NCBI GenBank assembly: GCA_945862145.1
Contig: CAMAXE010000001.1
Location: forward strand, 388,295 to 452,294
Origin: Klebsiella pneumoniae
Lineage (GTDB): Bacteria; Pseudomonadota; Gammaproteobacteria; Pseudomonadales; UBA5518
Direction of reading: 5' to 3'
DNA length: 64,000 bases
The notes beneath the pieces were generated by a model, which saw only the letters and a list, made by a program, of their open reading frames with translations, did no database searches and was not told the origin of the DNA. This document shows, one piece after another, positions 9,057-17,542 of this stretch. The first letter of the stretch is position 1; the number at the start of each line of letters is the position of its first letter. Position numbers and translations under genes: made by a program.

Positions 9057-10004
9057 TTACTGCGCAACCGGTCCGCGCGCGAAGCGCCGCAGGCGCGAGC
9101 CTGCCAGGACACAGGCAAGAACCACCGCACCCGTGAGGGTACCGACCGCAGCGTCGAAGAGGAGTGGAATCAGAGCGGCCCCCGGGATTGCACCCACGGC
9201 GCCCGCAAGGTGGTGCGAGAACTCCGCCAGCGGGGCGAAACCGTGGACCACGATTCCGCCGCCAACCAAAAACATCGCCAGCGTTCCCACCACCGACAGC
9301 AGCCTGAGCATCCGCGGCGCCACCGCGAGGAGCGCCCTGCCAACAGCCCGCCGCAGCAGGCGCGTCACACCGGTACCGGGATTTCGTAAAAGCCAGAGCC
9401 CTACGTCGTCCATCTTGACGATCATCGCCACCAGCCCATACACGCCGACGGTCATAAACACGGCGATCACCGACAGCGTGACGATGCGCAGCTCAAGCGG
9501 CTGGGACTGGATGGTTCCCAATGCGATCACGATGATCTCGGCCGAGAGGATGAAATCGGTGCGTATCGCGCCGGCTACGCGGAGCCGCTCGAAGTCGACA
9601 AGATCCTGCACGGAGGGGGCGAATTCGCTGCGGCCCGCGTGATGTTCTGAATGTTCAATTGCCGCCGGGTGCAACCAGCGGTGGGCGATTTTCTCGACGC
9701 CCTCAAAACACAGATAGGCACCACCGGCAACAAGCAGCCACGCAATCGCCTTCGGCGCAAAGGCGCTCAAGACCAAGGCGACCGGCACGAGGATGAACTT
9801 GTTGCGCATGGAGCCCACGGCAACGGCCCACACCACCGGCAACTCCCGGGAAGCGCTGACGCCCGATATCTGCTGCGCGTTCAGCGCCAGATCATCGCCC
9901 AGCACACCGGCGGTCTTCCTGACGGCAACCTTGGTCAAGGCGGCAACGTCATCGAGGACCGACGCGATGTCGTCCAGCAGTGTGAGCAGGCTTGCTCCAG
10001 GCAT
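9057..10004 (-). CDS. DUF808 (YedI-like) inner-membrane protein
   Basis: 315-aa ORF. The N-terminal LLTLLDDIASVLDDVAALTKVAVRKTAGVLGDDLALNAQQ is characteristic of DUF808, and multiple TM segments follow. Confidence 0.8.
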   Translation of the reverse strand: MPGASLLTLLDDIASVLDDVAALTKVAVRKTAGVLGDDLALNAQQISGVSASRELPVVWAVAVGSMRNKFILVPVALVLSAFAPKAIAWLLVAGGAYLCFEGVEKIAHRWLHPAAIEHSEHHAGRSEFAPSVQDLVDFERLRVAGAIRTDFILSAEIIVIALGTIQSQPLELRIVTLSVIAVFMTVGVYGLVAMIVKMDDVGLWLLRNPGTGVTRLLRRAVGRALLAVAPRMLRLLSVVGTLAMFLVGGGIVVHGFAPLAEFSHHLAGAVGAIPGAALIPLLFDAAVGTLTGAVVLACVLAGSRLRRFARGPVAQ

Positions 10005-10019
10005 TGGGTCCGCCCGCGG

Positions 10020-10661
10020 CTAGGCTATCAGGGCCCAGGCCAGCAGGCCTGAAACGACACCTACCGCAGCGCTGCGGTAGAGCACGTCGCGGTCGATCTT
10101 GCTCAGTTCCGCGAGCGGATTGCCGCTCACGCGGGTGCGCGACAGGACGGGCCACTCGATGGTGCCCGCGAAAAAGAAGGCGCCGATGGCAGCAGCCACG
10201 ATCATGGCCCGCCCGGCCGTATCGAGAGGGAGCGCCCACCACAGGAGCACCACCGCCAGCGCCCCGCCGATCTGCCCGCCCCAACTCATCGTGAAGAACT
10301 GCGACACGCTGTTGGCGCCAAAATCGTAATTGAAGACGAACAATCCGAGCTGATCGGGAACCGTGTAGCGCGCGCCGGCGAGACGCGCCCCTGCAAAGTG
10401 CCCCCATTCATGGACCAGTGTCCCGAAAACCACACCCGCGGGGATTGCCGCAAGCACCGACAGCCGCGCGGCGGCGCGGAGTCCCGTGACTGCCTGCCAG
10501 GCGTCCGTGGCGGCCCACAGGGACAGCAGTGCCACGCCGGTGAGCACATGTGCGGCAACGAGTTTGATACGGCGGTCGAGGTCGACTGCAGAGGACGTTT
10601 GAGCCGACGCCGCAGAGGTGTCTCCCGTGTGATCGCTGGCAGTTCGCTCGTCTGCGCTCAT
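10020..10661 (-). CDS. small polytopic membrane protein with HExxH motif (M50/site-2-protease-like)
   Basis: The ATG at 10661 (MSADERT...) is preferred over the longest ORF start at 10718. The protein has 5-6 hydrophobic segments, with LVHEWGHFAGARLAG embedded in one TM segment. Confidence 0.6.
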   Translation of the reverse strand: MSADERTASDHTGDTSAASAQTSSAVDLDRRIKLVAAHVLTGVALLSLWAATDAWQAVTGLRAAARLSVLAAIPAGVVFGTLVHEWGHFAGARLAGARYTVPDQLGLFVFNYDFGANSVSQFFTMSWGGQIGGALAVVLLWWALPLDTAGRAMIVAAAIGAFFFAGTIEWPVLSRTRVSGNPLAELSKIDRDVLYRSAAVGVVSGLLAWALIA

Positions 10662-10863
10662 GCATTGACCTCGCTCGCTCGTTAGCCACGACCGCGCACT
10701 GCAGCCGGGACGCCGCACGGTAATATGTTGTTGCCCCTACTGACAACTGCCATCTGTTAACCGCCAACTGCCCGCGCTCGATCAAGGGTTATCCAGAACG
10801 CAGCAGGGGCTATACTTTGGGGCAACCACAAAACGATGAGTGCGAGGGGGGGGGTTGATAGTG

Positions 10864-11691
10864 ATGCGCGGGTGTTGTGTGAGCATCGTGCTCGGCGCGT
10901 TGATGGCGTCCGTGTCCTTCGGCGCTCTGGCGCAGACGAGCCCGGCGCGCAGCCCGTCGGACGCCTATGTGGTATTGCAACGGCTCGGGCTTCTCGAACG
11001 CCCGTCCGCACAACCTGCACCAAGCGCCTCGAGCACTCCCGCACTCGGCATTGAACAGGCCGCCAACGCACCCCTCGTTTCCCGCCCGCTCGAGCCCGTG
11101 CTCGAATCAGCCAGGGCCGCTCCCGTATCCGAGGCGGCCAGCGCGGCCGAGTTGCCCTCAGCCCTCTCCCGGGCCTATGACATGCTGCGCGCCAAGGGGC
11201 TGTTGCCAAGTATTCCCGGCGCGCCCCCGATCCGGAGCACCACGGCACACAAGGGAGCCACGGTCCAGAGCGTGTTGGTCGACAAGTCGGACCGCAAGCT
11301 CTACCTGCTCCGGGACGGCAAGATCTACCGTCAATACGCAATTTCGCTGGGAGCCATGCCGCGTGGAGCCAAACAGCGGGTCGGCGATCTCAAAACCCCG
11401 GAAGGGAACTACACGCTCGATTGGCGCAACCCCAACAGCCGCTTCTACAAATCCATCCATATCTCCTACCCCAACGAGCAAGACCGCCTGCAGGCCGCGC
11501 AGAAGGGCGTCGATCCGGGTGGCGACATCATGATCCACGGCGAGCACTACCTACCGGCACTGAAGCGAGTATTCCGGCGCGCACGCAACAACAGGGACTG
11601 GACCGAGGGCTGCATCGCGCTCAACAACGAATACATTGACGAGATCTGGCGCGAAGTCGCTGACGGCACGCCGATCGAAATACGTCCCTGA
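10864..11691 (+). CDS. L,D-transpeptidase (YkuD-domain) protein
   Basis: The ATG at 10864 gives a signal peptide (MRGCCVSIVLGALMASVSFGALAQ). The C-terminal YkuD domain reads VLVDKSDRKLYLLRDGK...IMIHGE...TEGCIALNN, with the catalytic His and Cys in the expected context. Confidence 0.85.
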   Translation: MRGCCVSIVLGALMASVSFGALAQTSPARSPSDAYVVLQRLGLLERPSAQPAPSASSTPALGIEQAANAPLVSRPLEPVLESARAAPVSEAASAAELPSALSRAYDMLRAKGLLPSIPGAPPIRSTTAHKGATVQSVLVDKSDRKLYLLRDGKIYRQYAISLGAMPRGAKQRVGDLKTPEGNYTLDWRNPNSRFYKSIHISYPNEQDRLQAAQKGVDPGGDIMIHGEHYLPALKRVFRRARNNRDWTEGCIALNNEYIDEIWREVADGTPIEIRP

Positions 11692-11720
11692 GAAACACCA
11701 CCGCGCATCAGGAATATCCC

Positions 11721-13328
11721 ATGGCACAGAGTAACAACACCCCGGTGCCGCGCGGGTTGGCGCGACTGTTTATCCGCAAGTCGGTGGAGCAGATGCACGC
11801 CGAGCATGCCGCCAGCACCCTCAAGCGCAGCTTGGGCGCACTGAATCTGGTGTCGTTGGGCATAGGCTGCGTGATCGGCACCGGCATCTTCGTGCTCACC
11901 GGCCGTGCGGCCGCGGAGTACGCCGGCCCGGCGATCGTGTTGTCCTTCATCATCACGGGCCTGCTCTGCACTTTGGTGGCGCTGTGCTACGCCGAGCTTG
12001 CCGCGATGCTGCCAGTCTCCGGTTCCGCCTACTCCTACTCCTACGCATCCATGGGCGAGATCGTCGCCTGGGTGATGGGGCTGCTGCTGGTGCTGGAATA
12101 CGGGCTCGCCGCCTCCACCGTAGCGGTAGGCTGGTCGAGCTACGTGGTGAGTCTGATGAAAGACATCGGGGTCCATATCCCACCGGCACTGACGGCCGCA
12201 CCGGGCGTGCCAGTGCGTGAGGGCGCCGAGATCGTTGCCATCGGCATCGCCAATGTGCCGGCGATCCTCGCCATCTGTGCGGTCACCGCGCTTCTGGTAC
12301 TGGGCATCCAGGAGTCGGCGACGGCCAACAACATCGTGGTGGTGATCAAGCTGACGGTTGTGATCGCCTTCATCGTGGTCGGCGCGTTCTTCGTCAACAC
12401 CGCCAACTGGAGTCCGTTCATTCCGGCCCAGGTGCCACCGCCACCGGCGGGGCAGACCGGTGGCCTCTGGAGCGAGATCGGGCACGCGCTGATCGACGTG
12501 ATGACCGGGCAAAACACCTCGCGCTACGGCATCGGCGGGATCATCACCGCGGCGGCCACGATCTTTTTTGCCTACCTGGGCTTTGAGGCGGTATCCACTG
12601 CAGGCGCCGAATCGCGCAATCCCTCGCGCGACATGCCCATCGGCATCCTCGGATCGCTGTTCATATGCACCCTGCTCTACATCCTGACCTCGGCGGTGCT
12701 GGTGGGTATCGTGCCTTACACGGAACTCGATACGCCTGCGCCCATTGCGGTGGCCGTCAATGCCATGGGCATGCCGTGGTTTGCCGTAGCGGTCAAAATC
12801 GGTGCGATCGCGGGCATCTCCTCCGTGATGCTGGTGCTGCTCTACGGACAGACGCGCATTTTCTACACGATGTCGCGAGATGGGCTGCTGCCACCGGCGT
12901 TTTCAGTGGTGCACCGGAAATTCCGTACGCCCTGGATCGACACGCTGATCGTTGGCTTCATCGCCTCCTGTTTTGCGGGGTTCATGCCGCTCGACTCACT
13001 CGCCAAGCTCACCAACGTGGGCTCACTGACGGCATTTGCGGTCGTTTGCATCACCGTGCTTTATCTCCGCGTGACCTCGCCAGAACTCAAGCGCCCCTTC
13101 CGCGCACCCTTGTTCCCCCTGGTTCCGCTTGCCGGGGCGGCAATGTGCCTGCTGCTGGTGATGTCGCTGATGGCCCACGAGGCGACACGGAACTTCTTCC
13201 TGATCTACCTCGGTGGCGGCACGCTGGTGTATTTCCTCTACGGCATCCGCAATTCGCGCCTCGGCAAGGGCGAGTTGGCGATCGGGGCCGAGCCGACAAT
13301 GGATCCGCCGCAGCGTCTCAAGGACTGA
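11721..13328 (+). CDS. APC-superfamily amino acid permease (cationic amino acid transporter-like)
   Basis: 535-aa ORF with 12-14 TM segments. The N-terminal LKRSLGALNLVSLGIGCVIGTGIFVLTG is the amino acid permease signature region. Confidence 0.9.
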   Translation: MAQSNNTPVPRGLARLFIRKSVEQMHAEHAASTLKRSLGALNLVSLGIGCVIGTGIFVLTGRAAAEYAGPAIVLSFIITGLLCTLVALCYAELAAMLPVSGSAYSYSYASMGEIVAWVMGLLLVLEYGLAASTVAVGWSSYVVSLMKDIGVHIPPALTAAPGVPVREGAEIVAIGIANVPAILAICAVTALLVLGIQESATANNIVVVIKLTVVIAFIVVGAFFVNTANWSPFIPAQVPPPPAGQTGGLWSEIGHALIDVMTGQNTSRYGIGGIITAAATIFFAYLGFEAVSTAGAESRNPSRDMPIGILGSLFICTLLYILTSAVLVGIVPYTELDTPAPIAVAVNAMGMPWFAVAVKIGAIAGISSVMLVLLYGQTRIFYTMSRDGLLPPAFSVVHRKFRTPWIDTLIVGFIASCFAGFMPLDSLAKLTNVGSLTAFAVVCITVLYLRVTSPELKRPFRAPLFPLVPLAGAAMCLLLVMSLMAHEATRNFFLIYLGGGTLVYFLYGIRNSRLGKGELAIGAEPTMDPPQRLKD

Positions 13329-13377
13329 CACCACCGGCCCACGGGGTCCGCTGGCGGCATGACGCGAAGGGCCCGTA

Positions 13378-13397
13378 TACTGTTTGCATATACAGTA
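13378..13397. promoter_or_regulatory. LexA (SOS) operator
   Basis: TACTGTTTGCATATACAGTA matches the gammaproteobacterial consensus TACTGT-N8-ACAGTA exactly in both arms. It lies in the 82-bp gap between the permease stop (13328) and the probable dnaE2 start (13411). Confidence 0.8.
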
Positions 13398-13410
13398 TGC
13401 GACCCCTATC

Positions 13411-16400
13411 GTGGACTATGCCGAACTCCACTGCATCAGCAACCTGAGCTTCCTGCGAGGCGCCTCGCACCCGTCCGAGCTGGTGGTACGCGCCGCCGCA
13501 CTGGGCTACCGGGGGCTCGCGCTTACCGATGAATGCTCGCTGGCGGGCATCGTCCGCGCCCATGTCGCGGCCCGTGACGCGGGCCTCAAACTCATCATCG
13601 GTGCCGAGTTCCGGCTACCCGGCGAGATCCTGCTGGTCCTGCTGGCCCCGGACCGGCCCGCCTATGCCAGCCTCTCGGGCCTGATCACGCTGGGCCGACG
13701 ACGCGCTCCCAAAGGTGAATACGCACTCCGGCTCGAGGATCTGCCCATCAACGCCCGCGGCTGCCTGGCCATCTGGGTGCCGGCAGCGGACGCGACGGAC
13801 ACGGTGCTGGACACGCAGGCAGCGGCACTTGCGGAGATTTTCGGTGATCGGCTGTGGCTTGGCATCGAACTGCACCGCGGGCCAGGCGAGCAGCAGCGCT
13901 ACCTGCAACTCCACGCGCTCGCCTGCAGACACGCCGTCGCCATGGTTGCCTGTGGCGGCGTGGCGATGCACGAGGCCTCGCGCAAACCCCTTGCCGATGT
14001 GCTCGCGGCCATACGCCTGGGGCTCCCGGTACAGCAACTGGGTACGCGGATCGCGCCCAATGCAGAGGCGCACCTTCGACCGCGCACCACACTGGCACGC
14101 CTGTATCCGCCCGCACTGCTGGCCGAGAGCGTACGCATCGCCGAGCGCTGCCATTTTTCCCTCGAGGAACTGCGCTATGAATACCCGCAGGAGGTCGTGC
14201 CCGCTGGCCGCAGCGCCTCGGCGTGGCTGCGCGAACTCGTGCTCGCCGGTGCCACGCGGCGCTGGCCCAAGGGCGTGGCGCCACGGGTAGCCAGCCTTAT
14301 CGAGAAAGAGCTCGGACTGATCCACGAGCTTGCCTACGAGTACTACTTCCTCACGGTGCATGACATCGTCACCTTCGCCCGCACTGCGGGAATTCTCTGC
14401 CAGGGACGGGGTTCAGCCGCCAACTCGGTGGTCTGCTACTGCCTGTTCATCACCGAGGTCGATCCCGACCGCGTCGAGATGCTCTTCGAGCGCTTTATCT
14501 CGAAGGAGCGTAACGAGCCGCCCGATATCGACGTCGATTTCGAGCACGAGCGGCGCGAGGAGGTGATCCAGTACATCTACCGCAAGTACGGCCGTGATCG
14601 CGCGGCGCTCGCGGCCAGCCTGATCACCTACCGACCACGCAGCGCGGTACGCGATGTCGGCAAGGCACTGGGACTCGATCCGCCCTTCATCGATGAACTG
14701 GCCAATTCGCTTGCCTGGTGGGACCGCCCGGCCGACCTCGAGCAACGCTTCGCGGCGGAACGGCTCGCACGCGCCAGCAGCATGGCTACGCACTTCGTGA
14801 AATTGGTGAAGGCCATCCTCGGTTTCCCGCGTCACCTGTCGCAGCACACCGGCGGTTTCGTCATCACGCGCAATCCCATCTCGGCTCTGGTGCCGGTGGA
14901 AAACGCGGCGATGCCCGAGCGCACGGTGATCCAGTGGGACAAGGACGATATCGAAGCGCTCGGTCTGCTGAAAGTCGACATCCTTGCTCTCGGCATGCTG
15001 AGCGCGATCCGGCGTACCTTTGCTCTGGTGCACACGGCGCACGGCGTGGCGCTCGACCTCTCCCGCATCCCTTCCGAGGACGAGACCACCTACGCCATGC
15101 TCTGCGAGGGCGACAGCGTCGGCGTATTTCAGGTCGAGTCGCGGGCGCAGATAGCCATGCTGCCGCGGCTGCGGCCACGCACCTTCTACGACTTGGTCAT
15201 ACAGATCGCGATTGTCCGTCCGGGTCCCATACAGGGCGATATGGTCCACCCTTATCTGCGCCGTCGGCAGGGGCTGGAGCCTGTGGACTACCCGAGTCCG
15301 GAGATCCGCGGCGTGCTCGAACGCACCCTGGGAGTGCCCATCTTCCAGGAACAGGTGATCAAGCTGGCGATGGTCGCAGCCGGCTTCAGCGGTGGCGAAG
15401 CCGACCAGTTGCGTCGCGCGATGGCCGCCTGGAGCCGTAACGGCACCCTTGAGGCCTTTCATGACAAGGTCGTGGGCGGCATGCTCGCCCGTGGTCATCC
15501 TGCGGCCTTCGCCGAGCGCCTCTTCAACCAAATGAAAGGGTTCGGCGACTACGGCTTCCCGGAGTCGCACGCGGCGAGCTTTGCCCTGCTCGCCTACGCC
15601 TCGGCGTGGCTGAAGCGCCACTATCCGGCCGCCTTCTGCTGCGCACTGCTGAACAGCCAGCCGATGGGCTTCTACTCAGCGTCCCAGTTGGTACAGGACC
15701 TGCGCCGCCACGGGGTGGACGTGCTGCCGGTAGACGTGACCCACAGCGGCTGGGAGTCCTCACTGGAGGTGCTGCCCGGCGGCGCGAGGGATTCCCCCGC
15801 CTTGCGGCTTGGCCTGCAGCAACTCAAGGGCTTCAACATGGCCGCCGCAGGGCGCATCGTCGCCGCCCGAGCCGAGACGTGCTTCCAGGGCGTCTCCGAT
15901 ATGTCCGCCCGCGCGGGTCTCGACCGGGGGGAGCTCGATCTGCTGGCAGGTGGGGGCGCTCTGGCCGCTCTCGCGGGGCATCGTCATCAGGCACATTGGC
16001 GCTCGCGAGCCATCGAAGCACCACGCCCGCTGTTAGCCACTGCGGCTCACGACATCGACCCGGATGACGGGGTAAACCTGCCTGCACCGGCAGAGGCCGC
16101 GGATATGGCCGAGGACTACCGCAGCCTCGGGCTGACACTGGGGCAGCATCCGGTTGCGCTGCTGCGCGAACGCGGCGTGTTGTTGCGCTGTCGCCGGGCC
16201 GGAGAGCTGCCACAGTGCCCCAGCGGACGTTTCGTGCGGGTGGCCGGGCTGGTCACCTGCAGACAGCGTCCGGGCACGGCAAGCGGCGTGCTATTCCTGA
16301 CACTCGAGGACGAGACCGGCAACATCAACGTGGTGGTGTGGCGGGACCGCCAGGAACGCTTCCGCAGGGCGCTGGTCTCGGGGCGGTTGCTGCTGGTGAA

Positions 16401-16509
16401 AGGCATCGTGGAAAATCGCGATGCCGTGGTCCACGTGATCGCCGGCGAGATCCTCGATCACAGCGAGGCTCTGGGAGAACTCGCCTCACACTCCCGGGAT
16501 TTCCGGTGA
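13411..16509 (+). CDS. dnaE2: error-prone DNA polymerase III alpha-like subunit DnaE2 (ImuC)
   Basis: Long ORF 13384..16509. The GTG at 13411 gives (M)DYAELHCISNLSFLRGASHPSELV, the canonical DnaE2 N-terminus with a PHP domain. Pol III alpha core motifs are present (FERFISKERNEPPDIDVDFEH, KVDILALGMLS), and the C-terminus is OB-fold-like. The TTG at 13384 lies inside the LexA box, so I do not use it. Confidence 0.9.
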   Translation: MDYAELHCISNLSFLRGASHPSELVVRAAALGYRGLALTDECSLAGIVRAHVAARDAGLKLIIGAEFRLPGEILLVLLAPDRPAYASLSGLITLGRRRAPKGEYALRLEDLPINARGCLAIWVPAADATDTVLDTQAAALAEIFGDRLWLGIELHRGPGEQQRYLQLHALACRHAVAMVACGGVAMHEASRKPLADVLAAIRLGLPVQQLGTRIAPNAEAHLRPRTTLARLYPPALLAESVRIAERCHFSLEELRYEYPQEVVPAGRSASAWLRELVLAGATRRWPKGVAPRVASLIEKELGLIHELAYEYYFLTVHDIVTFARTAGILCQGRGSAANSVVCYCLFITEVDPDRVEMLFERFISKERNEPPDIDVDFEHERREEVIQYIYRKYGRDRAALAASLITYRPRSAVRDVGKALGLDPPFIDELANSLAWWDRPADLEQRFAAERLARASSMATHFVKLVKAILGFPRHLSQHTGGFVITRNPISALVPVENAAMPERTVIQWDKDDIEALGLLKVDILALGMLSAIRRTFALVHTAHGVALDLSRIPSEDETTYAMLCEGDSVGVFQVESRAQIAMLPRLRPRTFYDLVIQIAIVRPGPIQGDMVHPYLRRRQGLEPVDYPSPEIRGVLERTLGVPIFQEQVIKLAMVAAGFSGGEADQLRRAMAAWSRNGTLEAFHDKVVGGMLARGHPAAFAERLFNQMKGFGDYGFPESHAASFALLAYASAWLKRHYPAAFCCALLNSQPMGFYSASQLVQDLRRHGVDVLPVDVTHSGWESSLEVLPGGARDSPALRLGLQQLKGFNMAAAGRIVAARAETCFQGVSDMSARAGLDRGELDLLAGGGALAALAGHRHQAHWRSRAIEAPRPLLATAAHDIDPDDGVNLPAPAEAADMAEDYRSLGLTLGQHPVALLRERGVLLRCRRAGELPQCPSGRFVRVAGLVTCRQRPGTASGVLFLTLEDETGNINVVVWRDRQERFRRALVSGRLLLVKGIVENRDAVVHVIAGEILDHSEALGELASHSRDFR

Positions 16510-16523
16510 ACCCGGCCGCAGAC

Positions 16524-17297
16524 TCAGTCCGGCAAGACCCCGGGCGCGCCGAGGCGGAAATCCCCCATCAGCCCGGCATGATCCGAGAGGCTTCGCCACT
16601 CGCCCTGCGCCAGTACCTCACAGCCCAGCGGGACCATACCCCGGTAATAGATGCGGTCCATGGCCAGAAGCGGCTGCCAGATCGGATAACTGCGTGCGTG
16701 CCTCCCCTCGAGCTCGGTGAACAGCTCGTCAACCGCCAGGCTCTGGTGCAGGTGGCGCTCGGCGCGCCGTCGCCAATCATTGAAATCGCCCGCGAGGATA
16801 AGCGGCTCGTCGGCGGGGATCCGCGAGCGGATCCGCTCGCTCAGGATACGCAGCTGGCCGCGGCGCTCGGCCTCGAGGAGCCCGAGATGCACGCACAAAA
16901 GATGCAGCGGCCGGTCGGTGCCCGGCAGTTCGATGACCCCGTGCAGGATGCTGCGGCTCGACCGGGGAAAGAGCGCGATGTTGATGTTCTCCCAATAGGA
17001 GAACGGGAATTTGCTCAGGATGGCGTTGCCGTGGTCACCCTCGCGATAGATCGCGTTGCGGCCGTAGGCGCAGTGGGGCCAGGTCGTGTCCGCCACGTAC
17101 TCGAAATGCGGCTGCTCGGGATAACGCCCCGTATCGCGCTTGCCCGGGGTCTTGCGGCCGTGGATTTCCTGCAGGAACACGATGTCCGCGCCAGTGTCCG
17201 TGATGAGCCGGCGCATGGCCTCGAGCACGAAGCGGCGATTGCCGCTGCAATAGCCCTTGTGGATGTTGTAAGTGAGTACGCGAAGCGCCTTGCCCAT
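16524..17297 (-). CDS. endonuclease/exonuclease/phosphatase (EEP) family protein
   Basis: 257-aa ORF. LRVLTYNIHKG...ADIVFLQE at the N-terminus and LILAGDFN...LSDHAGL at the C-terminus are the EEP catalytic motifs. Confidence 0.85.
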   Translation of the reverse strand: MGKALRVLTYNIHKGYCSGNRRFVLEAMRRLITDTGADIVFLQEIHGRKTPGKRDTGRYPEQPHFEYVADTTWPHCAYGRNAIYREGDHGNAILSKFPFSYWENINIALFPRSSRSILHGVIELPGTDRPLHLLCVHLGLLEAERRGQLRILSERIRSRIPADEPLILAGDFNDWRRRAERHLHQSLAVDELFTELEGRHARSYPIWQPLLAMDRIYYRGMVPLGCEVLAQGEWRSLSDHAGLMGDFRLGAPGVLPD

Positions 17298-17383
17298 GAA
17301 CTCCAGGGTCCCTGAAAAGGGGGCGCGGGGATGCTACCGGATTTAGCAAAGACTTTGCCAAAAGCGTCCCGATAAAAACTTTG

Positions 17384-17432
17384 CCACTACATGTTGTGTT
17401 TTGGGGCTTCGTGATTACACTGTATGTTGAGT
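17384..17432 (+). promoter_or_regulatory. tandem NrdR-box-like operators upstream of nrdJ
   Basis: Two 16-mers, CCACTACATGTTGTGT (17384-17399) and ACACTGTATGTTGAGT (17417-17432), each resemble the NrdR box consensus acaCwAtATaTwGtgt. Their starts are 33 bp apart (about 3 helical turns), and they lie 110-160 bp upstream of the nrdJa ATG. Confidence 0.6.
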
Positions 17433-17542
17433 TTTGATTCCTACCTCTGCGGCTCTTGCCGGTATCGGCGAGTGGGAATTTTGCGCTCTGAGGCCATCTA
17501 ATGGCCCCGAATACAAACGGTCAATAACCAACAGAGGCATCC

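Noticed and set aside
11721-17297. I searched the dnaE2 flanks for imuA/imuB or a second lexA.
   Set aside because: The flanking ORFs are clearly an APC permease and an EEP-family enzyme. No RecA-like or Y-family-polymerase-like ORF exists in any frame here. The absence is reported as a finding rather than as a feature.
17433-17542. I looked for a cobalamin riboswitch in front of the B12-dependent nrdJ.
   Set aside because: Only about 110 nt remain between the NrdR-like boxes and the ATG, which is too short for a B12 aptamer. I see no B12-box-like core, and B12 riboswitches typically control B12-independent isozymes rather than nrdJ.
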